Positions 43,571-63,515 of a DNA stretch of 64,000 bases are shown piece by piece (the stretch's first letter is position 1; every line of letters begins with the position of its first letter). A model generated the notes under the pieces. That model had not been told where the DNA came from. It made no database searches and was given only the letters and a program-made list of their open reading frames with translations. Both the position numbers and the translations under genes were made by a program. Source of the DNA: the human T2T-CHM13v2.0 reference genome, Homo sapiens; the NCBI RefSeq assembly GCF_009914755.1, contig NC_060938.1; one strand, written 5' to 3'.

Positions 43571-44956
43571 TGTAATCTTCTTTTCTTGTAGTGTCCTTTT
43601 CTGGTGTTGGCCCCAGGATAATTTCGGTATCATAAAATGAGTTAGCAAGTATTTATTCCTTAATATGTTGGAAGAGTTTGAGAAGGAATGATATTAGATC
43701 TTCTTTAAATGTTTTGTGGTATTCTGTAGTGAAGCCATCAGTCTTGGGCTTTCCTTTGATAGACTTTTTATTAGTGATTCAATCTTTTTATTCATTATTA
43801 GTCTGTTCAGATTTTTTCTATTTCTTCATTACTCAGTGTTGGTAGGTTTTATGTGTCTAGGAATTCATCCATTTCTTCTAGGTTATACAATTTGTTAGTG
43901 TATAATTATTCAAAGTAGTGTTTTATAATTCATTGTCTTGCTGTGACATCAGTTGTAATGCCTCCTCTTTCATTTTCGATTTTATTTATTTCTCTTCTCT
44001 CTTTTTAGTTTAGCCAAAGACTTGTCAATTTTGTTTAATCTCTTCATAAAGTCAGTTTGGTTTTGTTGATCTTTTAATTGTTTTTCTAGTCTCTATTTCA
44101 TTTTTTTCAACTCTTATCTGTTTTATTTTTTTCTTCTATTAACTTTGTGCTTAGTTGATTTTTTTCTAGTTCTTTGAGATATAACATTATATTGTTTGAG
44201 ATCTTATTTTTTAATGTAGGTGTTCATTTCTATAAACTCTTTTAGAACTGCTTTTGCTGCATCACATAAGTTTTCGTATGTTGTTTTTCCATTTATGTTT
44301 GTCTCAATATATTTTAAAATTTCTCTTTTAACTTCTTTGACCCACTGTTTTTTTCAGAAACATGTTAATTTTCATGTATTTTTTAATTTTCCCAAGTTCT
44401 TCATCTTATTGATTTCTAGTTTAATACCATTGTGCTCAGAAAAGTTACTTTGTATGATTTAAATCTGTTTAAGTTTGCTAAGACTAGTTTTATAGCCTAA
44501 CATATAATCTTTCCTGAAGAATGCACACTTGAGAAGAATGTGTATTCTGTTGCTGTTGGATGGAGTGTTCTGTATATGTCTGTTAGGCCTATTTGGTCTA
44601 AAGTGAAGTTTAAGTCTCAAGAAACTAGAGTATTGAAGTTCCCTAGAATGACTGAATTAGTCTATCTCTCTCTTGGGGTATAAAAGTATTTACTTTATAT
44701 ATTTAGATACTCCCATATTGAGTGTATGTATGTTATTGTTATATCCTTTTGATAAATTGACAATTATCATTATTTAATGTCTTTCTTTGTCTCATTTTAC
44801 AGTTTCTGACTTAAAGCCTATTTTAGCTGATGTAAGTGTAGGTACTTCTGCTCTCTTTTGGTTTCCATTTGCATGAAATATCTTCTTTCATCCCATCACT
44901 TTCATCTTGTGTGTGTCTGATAGGTGACATGAATTTGTTATAAACAGCCTATATTG

Positions 44957-45008
44957 GTATATACATATATGTATATGTATATATGTGTGTGTGTATATAT
45001 ATATATAT
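44957..45008. repeat. (TA)n/(TG)n simple repeat
   Basis: Direct reading. Confidence 0.85.
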
Positions 45009-46031
45009 TCAGCTACTGTATGTGTATTGATTGGATAACTTAGTACATATGCTTTCAAGGTAATTTTTGATTTTTTATTACTGCTATTTTGTTAATTATT
45101 TTTTGTAGTTTGTTTCTTTTTCTGTTGATGTTTTTCTTTGCGATCAATTTATTTTCCCTAGTAATACACTTTGATTCCTTGCTTTTTATGTCTTGTGCTA
45201 TCTACTATACGTTTTTGTGTTGTATACACAAAACATTGTATAGTTAGGTAAAATTTTAAAAAATACCTAATAATCATATAAATAAGTTCATAATAGGGAA
45301 ATACAAATTAAAAGCACAATGAAATATTGCTGAACACGTATTTGTTGACCAAAATAAAAAATACTGAGTACAACATTTTGATAAACATGGAGCAAATATA
45401 ACTCTCATATATTGCTAGTGGGAGTGTGAAATAGTAAAACTATTTTGCAAAATGATTTGGTAATTTCTTATAAAACTACCCCATGATCCAATTATTCTGT
45501 ATATTGGTATTTAATCAAGAATAATGAAAAATTTGACACAGAAAATTTACATATGACTATTTATACCAACTTTACTAATGATAGCTCAATAATGGAAATA
45601 GCCCAAATATCTATCAATAGGGAAGTAGATACATTTTGGGATATGCATTCAATGGAATATATAGCAATATAAAATGAACTATTGACACGTGACAAAATGG
45701 GTGAATTTTAAAAAACATGTTAAATGAAAAGTGATTCAATCTAGATAAAATTTTAAAATAGGTAAAATTACTCTCTGGTGATACAAATAAGATTAGTGGT
45801 TTTCTTTAAGGTCAGAGTTTGACTGCAAAAGGGAATGAGAAATTTCTAGGTTAGTAGAAATGTCCTATGTCTCAAGTGTAGTATTGGTTGCATGAGTGTA
45901 GACGTTTGTCAAAACTCATGCCACTGTATACTTAAGAGCTGTATATTTTACAATATTTAAATTAAATCTAAATTTAAAAAGACAAATAATTTGTTTAATA
46001 TAAGAATAAATCCTGTCATAATTGTGGCCCC

Positions 46032-46528
46032 TGTATTAGTCATAGTTCTCAAGAGAAACAGAACCAGCAGGATATATTAACATGTAGTTATATAGAAAGA
46101 GATTTATTTTGATGGGTTGGCTTATGTGATTATGGAGGCTGATAAATCCCATGAGCTGCCATCTGGGAGCCAGAGATCCGGGAAAGCTAGCAATGTAGTT
46201 CTAGTCCAAACCAGAGGCCTGAAACCCAGGACAATCAGTGTTATAAGTCCCAGTCCAGTTTCAAGACCTGAGAACCAGGAATACTGAAGCCTGAGGGAAG
46301 GTAAAAATCAGAGGTCCCAGCTCAAGCAGACAGAGCAAATTTCCCCTGCCTCCATTTTTTCTTCTATTTAGGCTTTCATTGGATTGGATGAGGCCCGCCT
46401 GTATTGGTGAGGGCAGATCTCCACTCAGTCTACCAACTCAAATGCCAGTCTCTTTCAGAAACACCCTCACAGACACACCCAGGCATCCTATAGCCCAGTC
46501 AAGTTGACACATAAAATTAACCATTACA
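46032..46528 (-). mobile_element. MLT2 solo LTR (ERVL)
   Basis: tgtattagtc..ttctc..gagaaacagaacca...aagttgacacataaaattaaccattaca, with 5-bp TSD gcccc at 46027-46031 and 46529-46533. Confidence 0.92.
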
Positions 46529-49184
46529 GCCCCTAGATTTCAGAGTATACATGAAAATAAATGTAAGGTTCTTAAAATTTTTATTTAGGAGTTTTCTATT
46601 GTTTAAATAGCATTTTCCATGTTATGTGAGTATTGATGCATACCTTAAATAAAATTGATTTTATAGAGATTTTATAAAATAGATTCCTCTGGTTTTCTCA
46701 TTCTCTGCCATTTTCCAACACAGCACTTTATGAAGGAGAACTGGAGCATTAAGATAAAATATATTCAGATGGATAAATAAATGTTTCCTGCTAAAACCTT
46801 TACCTTCAGTCTTGTAAGATTCTTTTGTATATTTTCCTGGTGAGCTCTTAGAATAGACCTGTACTCGCTTTCTCTATATATGTAACGCACCCCCAAATCT
46901 AGACTCTTTAGCTATCTTTGATCTTTCTCTACATTGTTTCTTTTGTAGGCTATGAATACTTGGCCTCTTAATTTTTTTGAATTAGCTGTACCTCCCTGAT
47001 TACTCCGTCATCAACTAGTTAAGTAAATCTAAGACATGGATGCTTTACATCTATTCACATAAAATATAATTATATTTTTAACTTTTAAAAATTATATGTT
47101 GGCAGCAATAAGAGGGAAATTACTGGAATCTTCTCATTTAAAGGCCATAAAACACAATATATTTTCACCTTCTAAGAAAAAGAAAATATGTAAATACAAT
47201 GCCAGTAATAAAGTATTCTGTGCCTTGCTTAGAAAAACTGGGAAGTCTGGAGTCAGAAATGTTCATTCATTAGGGAAAATTTAGTTTTCCAGCAGCCCAC
47301 CTTTCCTAACCTGATGACCCTCTGGGCAAGCTATTCTGCATTTAACAAATGGATATACTTGTTCAGTTTTCTGAACCAATTAACTGGTTTAATTAAAACA
47401 GTTTAATTTAGTTTTCTGTTACTTATAAACAAAATAATTCTAACTCTTATGAAACCATGTTTGATCTTCAGTATAACTTTGGAAACAGCCATTTTCTGGA
47501 CCAGAACTGTCATATCTGGGCATAGGTTATACTTTAATGGCAGGTAGGACTTCTATGGGAAGATGTTATAGAATTCCCCTATAGTTAATTAATTTATTTT
47601 GTTTTGTACAAAACTGTAGAAGAATTTGTCTAGTGTTTAATACTTGATTGTTTTATCTTTGATAATGGCTCTAATTAATGTGGCAAGTGTGAAAATAAAC
47701 CCTATCGTTTCTATAAGAATCTTCATTATCCATATCTCTAATATTGATGTAGGTGACTTGTTCATTGAAATTACATTAAAAGTGGATAATATGGATATAA
47801 CACAACATCAGGTACCTACAAGGAATTATAATATTGTACCAAGAGAAAATGATTGAGAAGTAAGAAAAAATGGAAATGTGATTTTGTTCAAATAACTATA
47901 AATGGACAGCAAAAAAAAATACAAGTCCACTTGAATATGAGTAATTTAATATTTTTAGTGAATAAATATATGGAGTCGGAAGAGCATTAAATTCAAATTC
48001 TAAAATTCAAACTATGTGGTTCATAGTCAGTTAAAGGGCAAAAATTATTTTTGTTCTGAACTTGTACTTATTCCAGATCGTTTGAACATTTTTACTTCCT
48101 GCTTTTTAGGTCAGAGACTATAAGAAAGACAAAAACCATATAAAGGCACAGGAAATTGAAATAGAGAAAACTATTTTTTTTTAATGAAGTAATGAAAGAA
48201 TACACAAAGGATAATCATTCCCGGCCTTGATTTTTTAAGTGCTTACTATCTCAGTCACGCAGGAGGGAGGTTGTGACATTAAGGACCAAAGCTATTTGCA
48301 ACAAATTCTTAGCAAGATCACCTTGCTGGAATTATAATGCAAAGACAGCCTGACATACACAAGGTTTCAAAAAGATTTAGTTCCTGTGTTAAAGGGAAAT
48401 TAAATGGCCTTTTTTTTATTTTTTGATGGATTAGGCTATTAAGTTCTAATAGTGTTCTCTTACTATTTTGAACATTTACTCTTTAGAAAAGAAAACATCT
48501 TCAAAAATGCTTAATTCCAAGACTATATTTTCACTTATTCCAATAGAGTTGCCAGTTTTTTCTCTTCTAAATGTTGACCTTCCTCATACTTGCAAATATA
48601 AACTCAGTTAAAGAAATGTGTTTAGTAGTAAACTAAAATTAGCAAGAGAATTTACATAAAAACTCTGAAGCAATAAAAATGCCCATCCTCAATAATAAAA
48701 ATATAATTTAATTTTTAACTTACAACATATAAATCTTTTAAAACCAGACACATAAGGTAAAAAATATTAAACTGCCTCAATATTTAACTTAAGGGGACAT
48801 TATATGTTCCAAAGAAAATGTCACAGCTTAAAAGATGCATAAACTAGAAAATTCTTATTTGTAGAGAGAATTGTAGGAAAAGTCAGGTTATATTTAAAAG
48901 ATGAAATACATGGATTACAGCATATCTGATCCATTTATTTGGCTATATTAATGATTGGTGCAGATCACCAATATGATGGTTTGCTGAATAGTAACCACAG
49001 TGAAAACAGCAGAAGTCAGTGTGCTGGCTAGGCTTCAATTTTTTAAATATATCTTTGGGGCTATTAAAAATTCATCTTTGTGACTATGTATTTTAAATAA
49101 TGTGTACTTTAGCCACCGTGCACGACTTACAATGTGTATTCTAGAGGCAAAGACAAAATAACTTTTAAAAAGTTAATGGACACT

Positions 49185-49735
49185 ATAATATGTTGCAGCA
49201 ATCCCAATTCTGGGCTTAAAGAAGTTGAAATCAGGGTCTCAAAAATATATCTGCACTTCCACCTCCACTGCAACGTTATTCACAATAGTCAAAATGTGGA
49301 AGCAACATAAATCTTCATTGATCAATAAATGGGTAAATAAAAATATGATATATACATACAACGGAATATTGTTCAGCCTTTAAAAAGAAGAAAACTCTGC
49401 TATTTGCAACAACATGGATGAACTTGGTGGGCGTTATGCTTAGTGAAATAAGCCAGTCACAGAAAGACAAATATTACGTGATACCACTTAGATGAGGAAT
49501 CTGAGATAGTCAAACTCATAAAAAAGCAGAATAGAGTGGTGATTTCCAGGAGCTGGGGAAGGTGCAAACAGGGAGGTATTAGTCAAAGGGAACAACGTTT
49601 TAGTTATGCAAGATGAATAAATCCCAGAAATTTGCTATACATTATAGTGCCGATAGTTAACAATGCTGTGTTGTAGACTTAAAAGTTTGCTAAGAGAGTA
49701 AATTTATGTTGTGTTCTTATCACACATAAAAAAAA
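49185..49735 (+). mobile_element. L1MA9/L1MB-like 3' end fragment
   Basis: cagcaatcccaattctggg...gcaacaacatggatgaac...agtcaaactcata...gttatgcaagatgaataa. Confidence 0.8.
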
Positions 49736-49945
49736 GTTAATGGATGGTTTAAAACAAAAACAATAACAATGGCAATATATTATAGTGTTTATAACAATCA
49801 CATAATTAGAATATATGATAATAATATTATAACTGGTGGGACTATGAAATGGAAGCATGAGGTTCTTTAACGGCATGTAAGGTAGTGTAATATTGTATGA
49901 AAGTAGACTGTGATAACTTAATTCTGTGTTTTGTATAAATTATAG

Positions 49946-50151
49946 CAGTGTTTTAAACTTTGGCATTATTAATATCTTGGGTTAGATAATTCTTTGTTGT
50001 AGAGGGCTTATATGTTGCAATATGTTTAGCAGTATCCCTGACCTCCACCAACTAGCTGCCAGTAGCATCCCCTCCAGTAGTGAGAGGCAAAAGTGTCTTT
50101 AGGCATTGTCAAATGTCCTCTGAGAGCAAAATCACCAACTGAAAACAATTG
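49946..50151 (+). mobile_element. MER20 (hAT-Charlie non-autonomous DNA transposon)
   Basis: cagtgttttaaactttggca...gataattctttgttgt...tttagcagtatccctg...cattgtcaaatgtcctctg...gaaaacaattg. Confidence 0.85.
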
Positions 50152-50603
50152 CCTTAGAAAAACAAGGAATGTAAACACAACAAAATATAATAATCAATAG
50201 AAATGATTAAATTAAACTTTAAAAAATAATTGATTAATCTGGAAGAAGACAGAAAAAGAAAATATAAAACAAGAACAGATGGATCGAGTAGAAAATAATA
50301 AGCAAGATGGTAGATTTAAACCCCACTATATTAATAACTGCATTAAATACAAAATATGTAAAAATTCCAGTTAAAGAGAATCTAAGATAGGCTAAAAACA
50401 CTCAACTCTATGATATCTATAAGAAACTTATTTTAAATATAAAGATACAGAAAAGTTAAAAGCAAAAGGATGTAAAGGATATATAATACACACTACAACA
50501 AGTGGGTGTGATTATATAAATACCAAAGAGGGCTTCAGAATGTAAAATACATGCACAAAATCTGATAGAACTGGAAAATGAACATGAAATATCCAAAATT
50601 ATA

Positions 50604-53600
50604 GTTGAATGTTTTATTTCATTTTATTTTTAAAATTTCAACTTTTATTTTACTCAAGGGTATATATGAGCAGATTTGTTACAAAAAATTTTTGGCTGAT
50701 GCTGGTGTTATACAGTGTACGAATGCCATCACCCTGGTGGTCAGCATAGTACTCAATAGGTAGTTTTCTAACCCACCCTTCCCCTGCCCAGTATCCAGTG
50801 ACTATTGTTTCCATATTTATGTCCCTGTATGCTCAACACTAGCTCCCACTTATAAGTGAGAACGTATAATATTTGCTTCTCTGTTCCTGCATTAATTTGT
50901 TTAATATTATGGCCTCCAGCTCCATCGATGTTGCTGCAAAGGATGTGATTTTATTCTTTTTTGTGACTGTGTGGTATTTCATGGTATATATGCACGACAT
51001 TTTCGTTATCTAGTCTACAGCTGATGGGCACCTGGGTTGTTTCCATATCTTTGCTGTTGTGAATAGTACAGCAATGAACAGACAAGTGCATATATCTTTT
51101 TGGTAGAATGCTTTATTTTCCTTTGGGTATACACCTAGTAATGGGATTGTTGGGTCAAATGGTAGCTCTGATTTAAATTCCTTCAGAAATCTCCAGACAA
51201 CTCTTCACAGTGGCTGGACTAATTTACATTTCCACCAATAGTTTATACTGTTTATACCAACATTTCCTTTCTCTACAGCCTTGCCAGCCTCTGTTGTTGT
51301 TTTGAATTTAATAATAGCCATTCTGACTGGTGTGAGATGGTACCATCATGGTTTTGATTTGCATTTCTGTGATTATTGGTGATGCTGAGCATTTTTAATA
51401 TGTTTGTTGACCACTTGTATGTTTTCTTCTGAGAAGGGTCTGTTATTGTCCTTTGCCCATTTTTAAATGAGGTTATTTTGGTTTTGTCTGTTGATTTGTT
51501 TAAGTTCTCTATAGATTCTAGATATTAGGTGTTTGTCAGATGGACAGTTTGTGAATATATTCTCCCATTCTGTAGATTGTCTGTTTGCTCTCTTGATAGT
51601 TTCTTTTGCTTTGCAAAAGTTCTTTAATTATGTCCCACTTGTCTATTTTTGGGTTTGTTGCAATTGTTTTTTGGGACTTACAATACATGGAGATGTAAAA
51701 ATACATAAAAAGATCAATGAAACCAAGAGTTTCTTATTTGAAAAAATAAATAAGATTGATAGACTCCTAGCTAGATTAACAAGGAAAAGAAAGAGAATGT
51801 CCAAATAAGCAATATCAGAAATGACAAAGGTAATATTATAACTGAACCCACAAAAATACAAAAGATCCTGAGACTGTGATGAACAACTCTATGCACAGAA
51901 ATTAGCAAATGTAGATGAAATGAATAAATTCCTATAACCATGCAATATCCAAAGATTGAATGAGGAAGAGATTGAAACCCTGAATACATCAATATCAATT
52001 TCTGAAATTGAATCTGTAATAAAGAAACTGCCAACCAAAAAAATCCCTAAAGCAGATGGATGCACAGCTGAATTCTACCAGACATACAAATAACTGTTAC
52101 CAATTCTACTAAAAATATTGCAAAAAACAGGGGAGGAAGGGTTCCTCTATAACTCATTCTATGAAGCCAGCATCACCCTGATACCAAATCTGGCAGAGAC
52201 ACAATGAGAAAAGAAAACTTCAGATAAATACCCCTCATGAATATAGATGCACAAATCTTCAGCAAAATACTAGCAAATTGAATCCAGCAGTACATAAAAA
52301 ACATATATACACCACGATCAAGTAGGCTTTAATCCTGGGATGCAAGGTTGGTTCAACATGCAGAAATCAATAAATATGATTCACCACATAAACAGAATCA
52401 AAAGCAAAAACCATATGATCACTTCAACAGATACAGAGAAAGCTTTCAATAAGATCCAACACGATCTTCGTGATAAAACCCCCCACAAATTAGGCATTGA
52501 AGGAATATACCTCAAAATAATAACAGCCGTCAATGACAAACCCACATCTGACATCATACCGAATAACCAAAAGTTTGAACGATTCATTCCCCTTGAGAAC
52601 TGGAACAAGGATGCTCACTGTAACCACTCCTATTCAACATAGTACTGGAAATCCTAGCCAGAGCAGTCAGGTAAGAAATAGAAAGAAAAGGGAGCTAAAT
52701 AAGAAAAGAGGTCAAACTGTGTCTCTTCACTCCTAATATGATTCTATGCTTAGAAAATCCTAAAGACTGTCAAAAGGCTGCTAGAATTGATAACTTCAGT
52801 AAAGTATCAGGATACAGAAGTCAATGTGCAAAAATCAGTAGCATTTCTATACAACAACAACATCCAGATTGAGCGTGAAATCAAGAACACAATCCCACTT
52901 ACAATAACCACAAAAAAATTTTAAATATCTAGGAATACAGCTAACCAAGGAGGTGAAAGACCTCTACAAGGAGAACTACAAACACTGCTGAAAGAATCAG
53001 ATATGACACAAATAAATGGAAAAACATTCCATGCTCATGGAATGAAAGAACCAGTATCATAAAAATGGCCATACTATTCAAAGCAATTTACAAATTCAGT
53101 GCTATTCCCATCAAACTACTGACATCATTCTTCACAGTATTAGAAAAAGGCCTATTCTAAAATTTATATGGAACCCCAAAAGAGCAGGAACAGCCAAAAC
53201 AATCCTAAACAAAAGGAGCAAAGTCAGAAGCATCACACTACCTAAATGCAAACTATACTATAAAGCCACAGCTACCACAACAGCTTGGTACTAGTACAAA
53301 ACAGATACATAGACCAATAGAACAGGATAGAAAACTCGGAAATAAAGCTGCACACCTACAAGCATGTAATATTCAACAGGGCTGACGAAAAAAGAGAAAT
53401 GGGGAAAGGACTTCCTACTCAGTAAGTTGTGCTGGGATAACTGGCTAGCCAAAAGCAGAAGACAAGCTGGACTGACCCCTACATTTCACTATACATAAAG
53501 ACTAACTCAAAATGGATTAAAGATTTAAATGTGAGATCTCAAACTATAAAAATCCTGGGGGACAACCTAGGAAATACTCTTCTTGACATTATTCTTTGCA

Positions 53601-53628
53601 AAGAATTTTTGGCTGGTTGAAGATTTTA
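50604..53628 (-). mobile_element. Older L1PA (about L1PA15/16-like) with 5' inversion: 3' part antisense 50617-51680, inverted ORF2 on + 51690-53614
   Basis: Degenerate 13-bp TSD gttgaatgtttta (50604-50616) / gttgaagatttta (53616-53628). RT peptide GWFN..KSIN..DTEKAF on the + strand. Confidence 0.9.
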
Positions 53629-54141
53629 ACACTCCTATTCTAATAATTGACAAATCAAGTAAATTGCATGCCAGTACATACATAGATTTGAATGGTACTA
53701 TTACTAACCTTATCTAATTGATATTTATAGAGCACTCTAAACGACGACAGCAAAATGCACATTTATTCAACAACTATAACTAACTTTCTGTACCTTTAAA
53801 CAATGAGTATACTTGTGCTAAGCAGGTACTGTGCTTGAGAATGCTGCGTCAGAAAGAGAAAAAGTGTGAAATACAGTACGTGCCTGAGATGAAATATTTG
53901 TTAGTATCTGTATGATGTGGCACAAAACTATCCATCATTGTTACAGCTAAATTCATAGGTGGGCCAAGAAGAAATGACACAGCCAACCAAAGAAATCTGC
54001 TCAGGTGGAAATTATAATCTTCATGTAGTCACCTGTTCTTCAAGTGCCTTCTGAGAGGTATAGTCTATATGACCTCATAAGATTACCATATAACTTCTTT
54101 TTCAGAAGAACCTAAACTAAAACACTGCTCTCCCATGACTT

Positions 54142-54726
<585 letters not shown>

Positions 54727-54902
54727 GCTGACTCAAACATAGAGAGGGGTGGGAGGAGGCAAGATGATAGTAGTTTGCTTTTTCTTAGAAGGACAAAATG
54801 TCCAAAGAATTCTCTCACATTCCTAATCTCTTTTATATGCTAAATCTGTGGAGAGTTTTATGATGGTTCTGTTCTGAGTTCTGTCATTTAATTCTTCCCA
54901 AA

Positions 54903-55120
54903 ATTATATATATATAATTTTATTATATCATATAATAATATATGTACTATATTATTATATAGTATATAATATGTTATATATTATGTAATATATTATTGAT
55001 AATATATTATTAGTAATAATATTAATAGTTATCATTAGTAATATGTAGTATATAATTTATTATATAATAATACATTGTAATAATGCATATTATATAATAT
55101 GTACATATACACATACACAC
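54903..55120. repeat. AT-rich low-complexity tract
   Basis: Nearly pure A/T, made of tat/taa repeats. Confidence 0.85.
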
Positions 55121-55121
55121 A

Positions 55122-55967
55122 CAGTCATGCACTGCATAACCACGTTTTAGTCAACAATGGACTGCATACAGGAAGGTGATCCCAAAAGACTATAATGGAG
55201 TTAGAAAATCATGATGTTATGACATTGTAGCTGTCATAACATCATAGTACAAAACATTACTCACCTGTTTGTGGCAATGCAGGTGGAAACAAACCTACTC
55301 CACTGCCAGTCATTGAAAATGTAAATAAATAAGTAAGTAAATAAATGGATAAAAGCTTATAGAATGAAAATATAAAGAAAAAATATTTTATACTGCTGTA
55401 CATGTGTTTGGGTTTTAAAATGTTATTACAAAGGAGTCAAAAAGCTGAGAAAAATTTTAAAAGTTTATAAAGTAAAAAAGTTACAGTAAGCTAAGGCTAA
55501 TATTTTACAGCAAAAAACATTTGTATAAATTTAGTATTGCCGAAGTGTATAGCGTTTATAAAGTCGGTGTGGTGTACAGTAATGTCCCACACCTTTACAT
55601 TCACTTATCTCTCTCACTCACTGACTCAGCCAGAGCAACGTCTAGTCTTGCAAGCTCCATTCATGGTAAACGCCCTATAAAAGTATACCATTTTTAATAT
55701 TTTATAACATATTTTTACTGTACCTTTTCTATGTTTAGATATGCTTAGATACACCTATTCCTATAATTGCCTATAGTATTTAGTACAGTAATATGCTATA
55801 TAGGTTTGTAGCCTACAAACAATATGCTATACCACATATCCTGGGTTTTTGGTAGCCTATACCATCTAGGTTTGTGTAAGTACAATCTATGATATTCATA
55901 AAATGGTGAAACCAGCTAACAATGCATTTTGCAGATCGAATCCCTGTCACTAAGTGACTCATGACTG
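55122..55967. mobile_element. Tigger3/MER7-type TcMar-Tigger non-autonomous DNA transposon
   Basis: TIRs cagtcatg...catgactg followed by TA. Internal gtttataaagtaaaaaagttacagtaagctaagg, cactcactgactca and gcaagctccattcatggtaa. Confidence 0.88.
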
Positions 55968-56001
55968 TATATATATACATACACACACACACACACACAC
56001 A
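55968..56001. repeat. (TA)n(CA)n microsatellite
   Basis: Direct reading. Confidence 0.92.
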
Positions 56002-56186
56002 GAGTCATGAGTCTGCTAAGGAACTATCTTCATGTATACACCAACATTTATTTTACAATTTGTCACTCCAAAAAAGACTAATGTTAAAAAACAAATAAAT
56101 AAATGTATAATTGACCTTTAACCCAATAAGATTTGCATCTTTTCTTGAGCCAGTGACCATGTTAAGGTTATTAAATGTCACATGTA

Positions 56187-58115
<1,929 letters not shown>

Positions 58116-58349
58116 GTCATATGTAAATTAGATAGTTTGAAGAATATACTTGAAATTTAACTGTCTCAAATGCTAACTGTGGAAAACTAATACACATTAC
58201 AGCACATTCGTACAAACAAATATTTTTAGTTACATTAATTTTTTAAATGTATGTAATTAGATACCATATTGTATAAACAAAATGCTTCATAAAATAAAAC
58301 CAAGACAAAATAATTGACTAAAGTCTTTAAGAATTTTAAGACTGGCTAG

Positions 58350-59310
58350 TACAAACTCCTTATACTCCTCCAAGTACTATTATCTGCATTTATCCTCACA
58401 TCCTTTCCTGCAGTCTTAGATAAAGACGTTACCCACAATTTCTTTGTTTAATCTGATTCCTCCAAAATCTGCTGAGTCTTAGCAAACCAATTTTTATCAT
58501 TTTTACTTTATCTTTAATATTTCCACCATCCTGATTTACTTCTTCTAGAGTGAAATATGTTCAAGTTTCTCCTATTAAAAATAAAAATAAAATACTCTCT
58601 ATCAGCTTTCTACCTGCTTTTAAATATGCTTTAGATTCCTTCCCTTTAAAAGCACAATCTCAAAATATAAGTGTCCTCTATATTAATTTTAGCAACTTTG
58701 ATTCCTTCTTAAACTAGCATGGTAAGGCTTCTGGCCTCACCAAAAAGACTCCAACAAAGTTACTGATGACCACTTAACTGCGAAATCTGTATATGTCTTT
58801 TGAGGTCTCATCTTACTGGGTTTTCTTGAAACATTTGACACCATCAACCATGTCCTTCATTAAATTAGCTTCCTAAGTTGCCAAACCATGGAAGCAGCTC
58901 ACCTGGACATACAAATAATATCTTTTGTTCACTTTGTTGAAAAACTCATCGTCTTTCCCTCTAACCTAATCCACCTTCCTCATTTCCTATCTCAAGTTTT
59001 GCAAATATCAGTCAATCGCTCAAGCTAAAAACTTACGTGACATGATAGACCTCTCATTTCCTCAAGAATCCTATCCCCATCTTCCTTGATAATTAAATCT
59101 TGCGAATTCTATTTCCTGGATATCTGTAATTTCCATCTTCTTCTCTTCATCTCATAGCTTTATGTTCAGTTCTTTCATCTGTATCATTTCATTAGAACCC
59201 TACTCTAATCCAATTTTCCTTCTGCATTTCTGCCAGAAATAGCTGGTTGTATTATTTCTCTGCTCAGATGCATCAATGTTTTGTGATTCTTTACAGCAGA
59301 AGGTGAAACA
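58350..59310 (+). mobile_element. Decayed L2
   Basis: C/T-rich, with caaagttactgatgacc, tctcatcttact...catttgacacca, ttcctatctca and aaatcttg...ttcta. Confidence 0.6.
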
Positions 59311-59322
59311 TCTTTGTCTGCA

Positions 59323-60472
<1,150 letters not shown>

Positions 60473-61205
60473 AATGCAGACATAAAGAATAGTATAATCA
60501 AGAAGAAATTCTTGTTTCAAATATATTCTATGTCATATTATTTGAGAATATATTCTAAATTCAGAAGAAATTGGAAGTAGTAAACTACTTTAAAAGGAAG
60601 CCCATATTAAAGTAGGTAATATAATTCAGAGAAAACTGTCATGTAAGGAGCACACACACAAATATAACAAATATTACTGGCTATATGCCAATGAATGTAA
60701 TAAGAAAAGATACAAAAAAAAAGCTTGAAAATACCAACAGAACAATGGTATTATAGAAGTGAATGAGCAAATATTGCTGAATAACAGGGGAATGTGCACA
60801 GTTAATCCTATTATATTATGAAATTGACTACAGAAAGTAAATGTAGACTGTTTGTCATCAGCATAAAATAAACTAGACCACATGCTGACTCTCTTTGTAG
60901 GGTGAGACAGATGGCATCAATTTTTCCCTACTTCATGTTTGAGTCATTGTCACAGTGTACAGATCAAATGTACCAGCTCCACATTTTCAACATATCATGA
61001 GAAAATTTGACCTGTCACTTTTTCGACAAATCTTGGTTAACCGCAGATAACTTAAAATATTAAGTGACAAGTCAGAAGAATTCTCTTTTGCCAATATCTG
61101 ACAGTGTGATATAAAATGGCTAAAGTCAATGTAATTTTGATGATGTCAAAAATATGATTTGAGATTAACCTTGAAGATATTATTATATTTGTTTTATACT
61201 GCTAA

Positions 61206-63515
<2,310 letters not shown>

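Larger units (their letters stand above)
41365..45245 (-). mobile_element. L1MA-type element (3'UTR to ORF2 5' region, with internal deletions) hosting MST and Alu
   Basis: Antisense 3'UTR at 41365-41687. ORF2 peptides in ORFs 42119-42376 and 42694-42900. Endonuclease-region antisense at 44520-44930. Confidence 0.82.
40835..45985 (+). mobile_element. Old L1M (L1MC/ME-like) 3' region in three pieces (40835-40925, 41281-41358, 45260-45985), separated by younger insertions
   Basis: Collinear motifs aaatatttgtaaacat..atccagaatat / caattcaataa..atatgaacagac / agggaaatacaaattaaaagcacaatga...tttgtcaaaactcat. Confidence 0.65.
49760..53770 (+). mobile_element. Old L1M inter-ORF/endonuclease fragment (49760-50603 and 53616-53770) hosting MER20 and an inverted L1PA
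   Basis: The host sequence atccaaaattatagttgaa resumes as gttgaagattttaacactcct (GDFNTPL-like). Confidence 0.65.
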
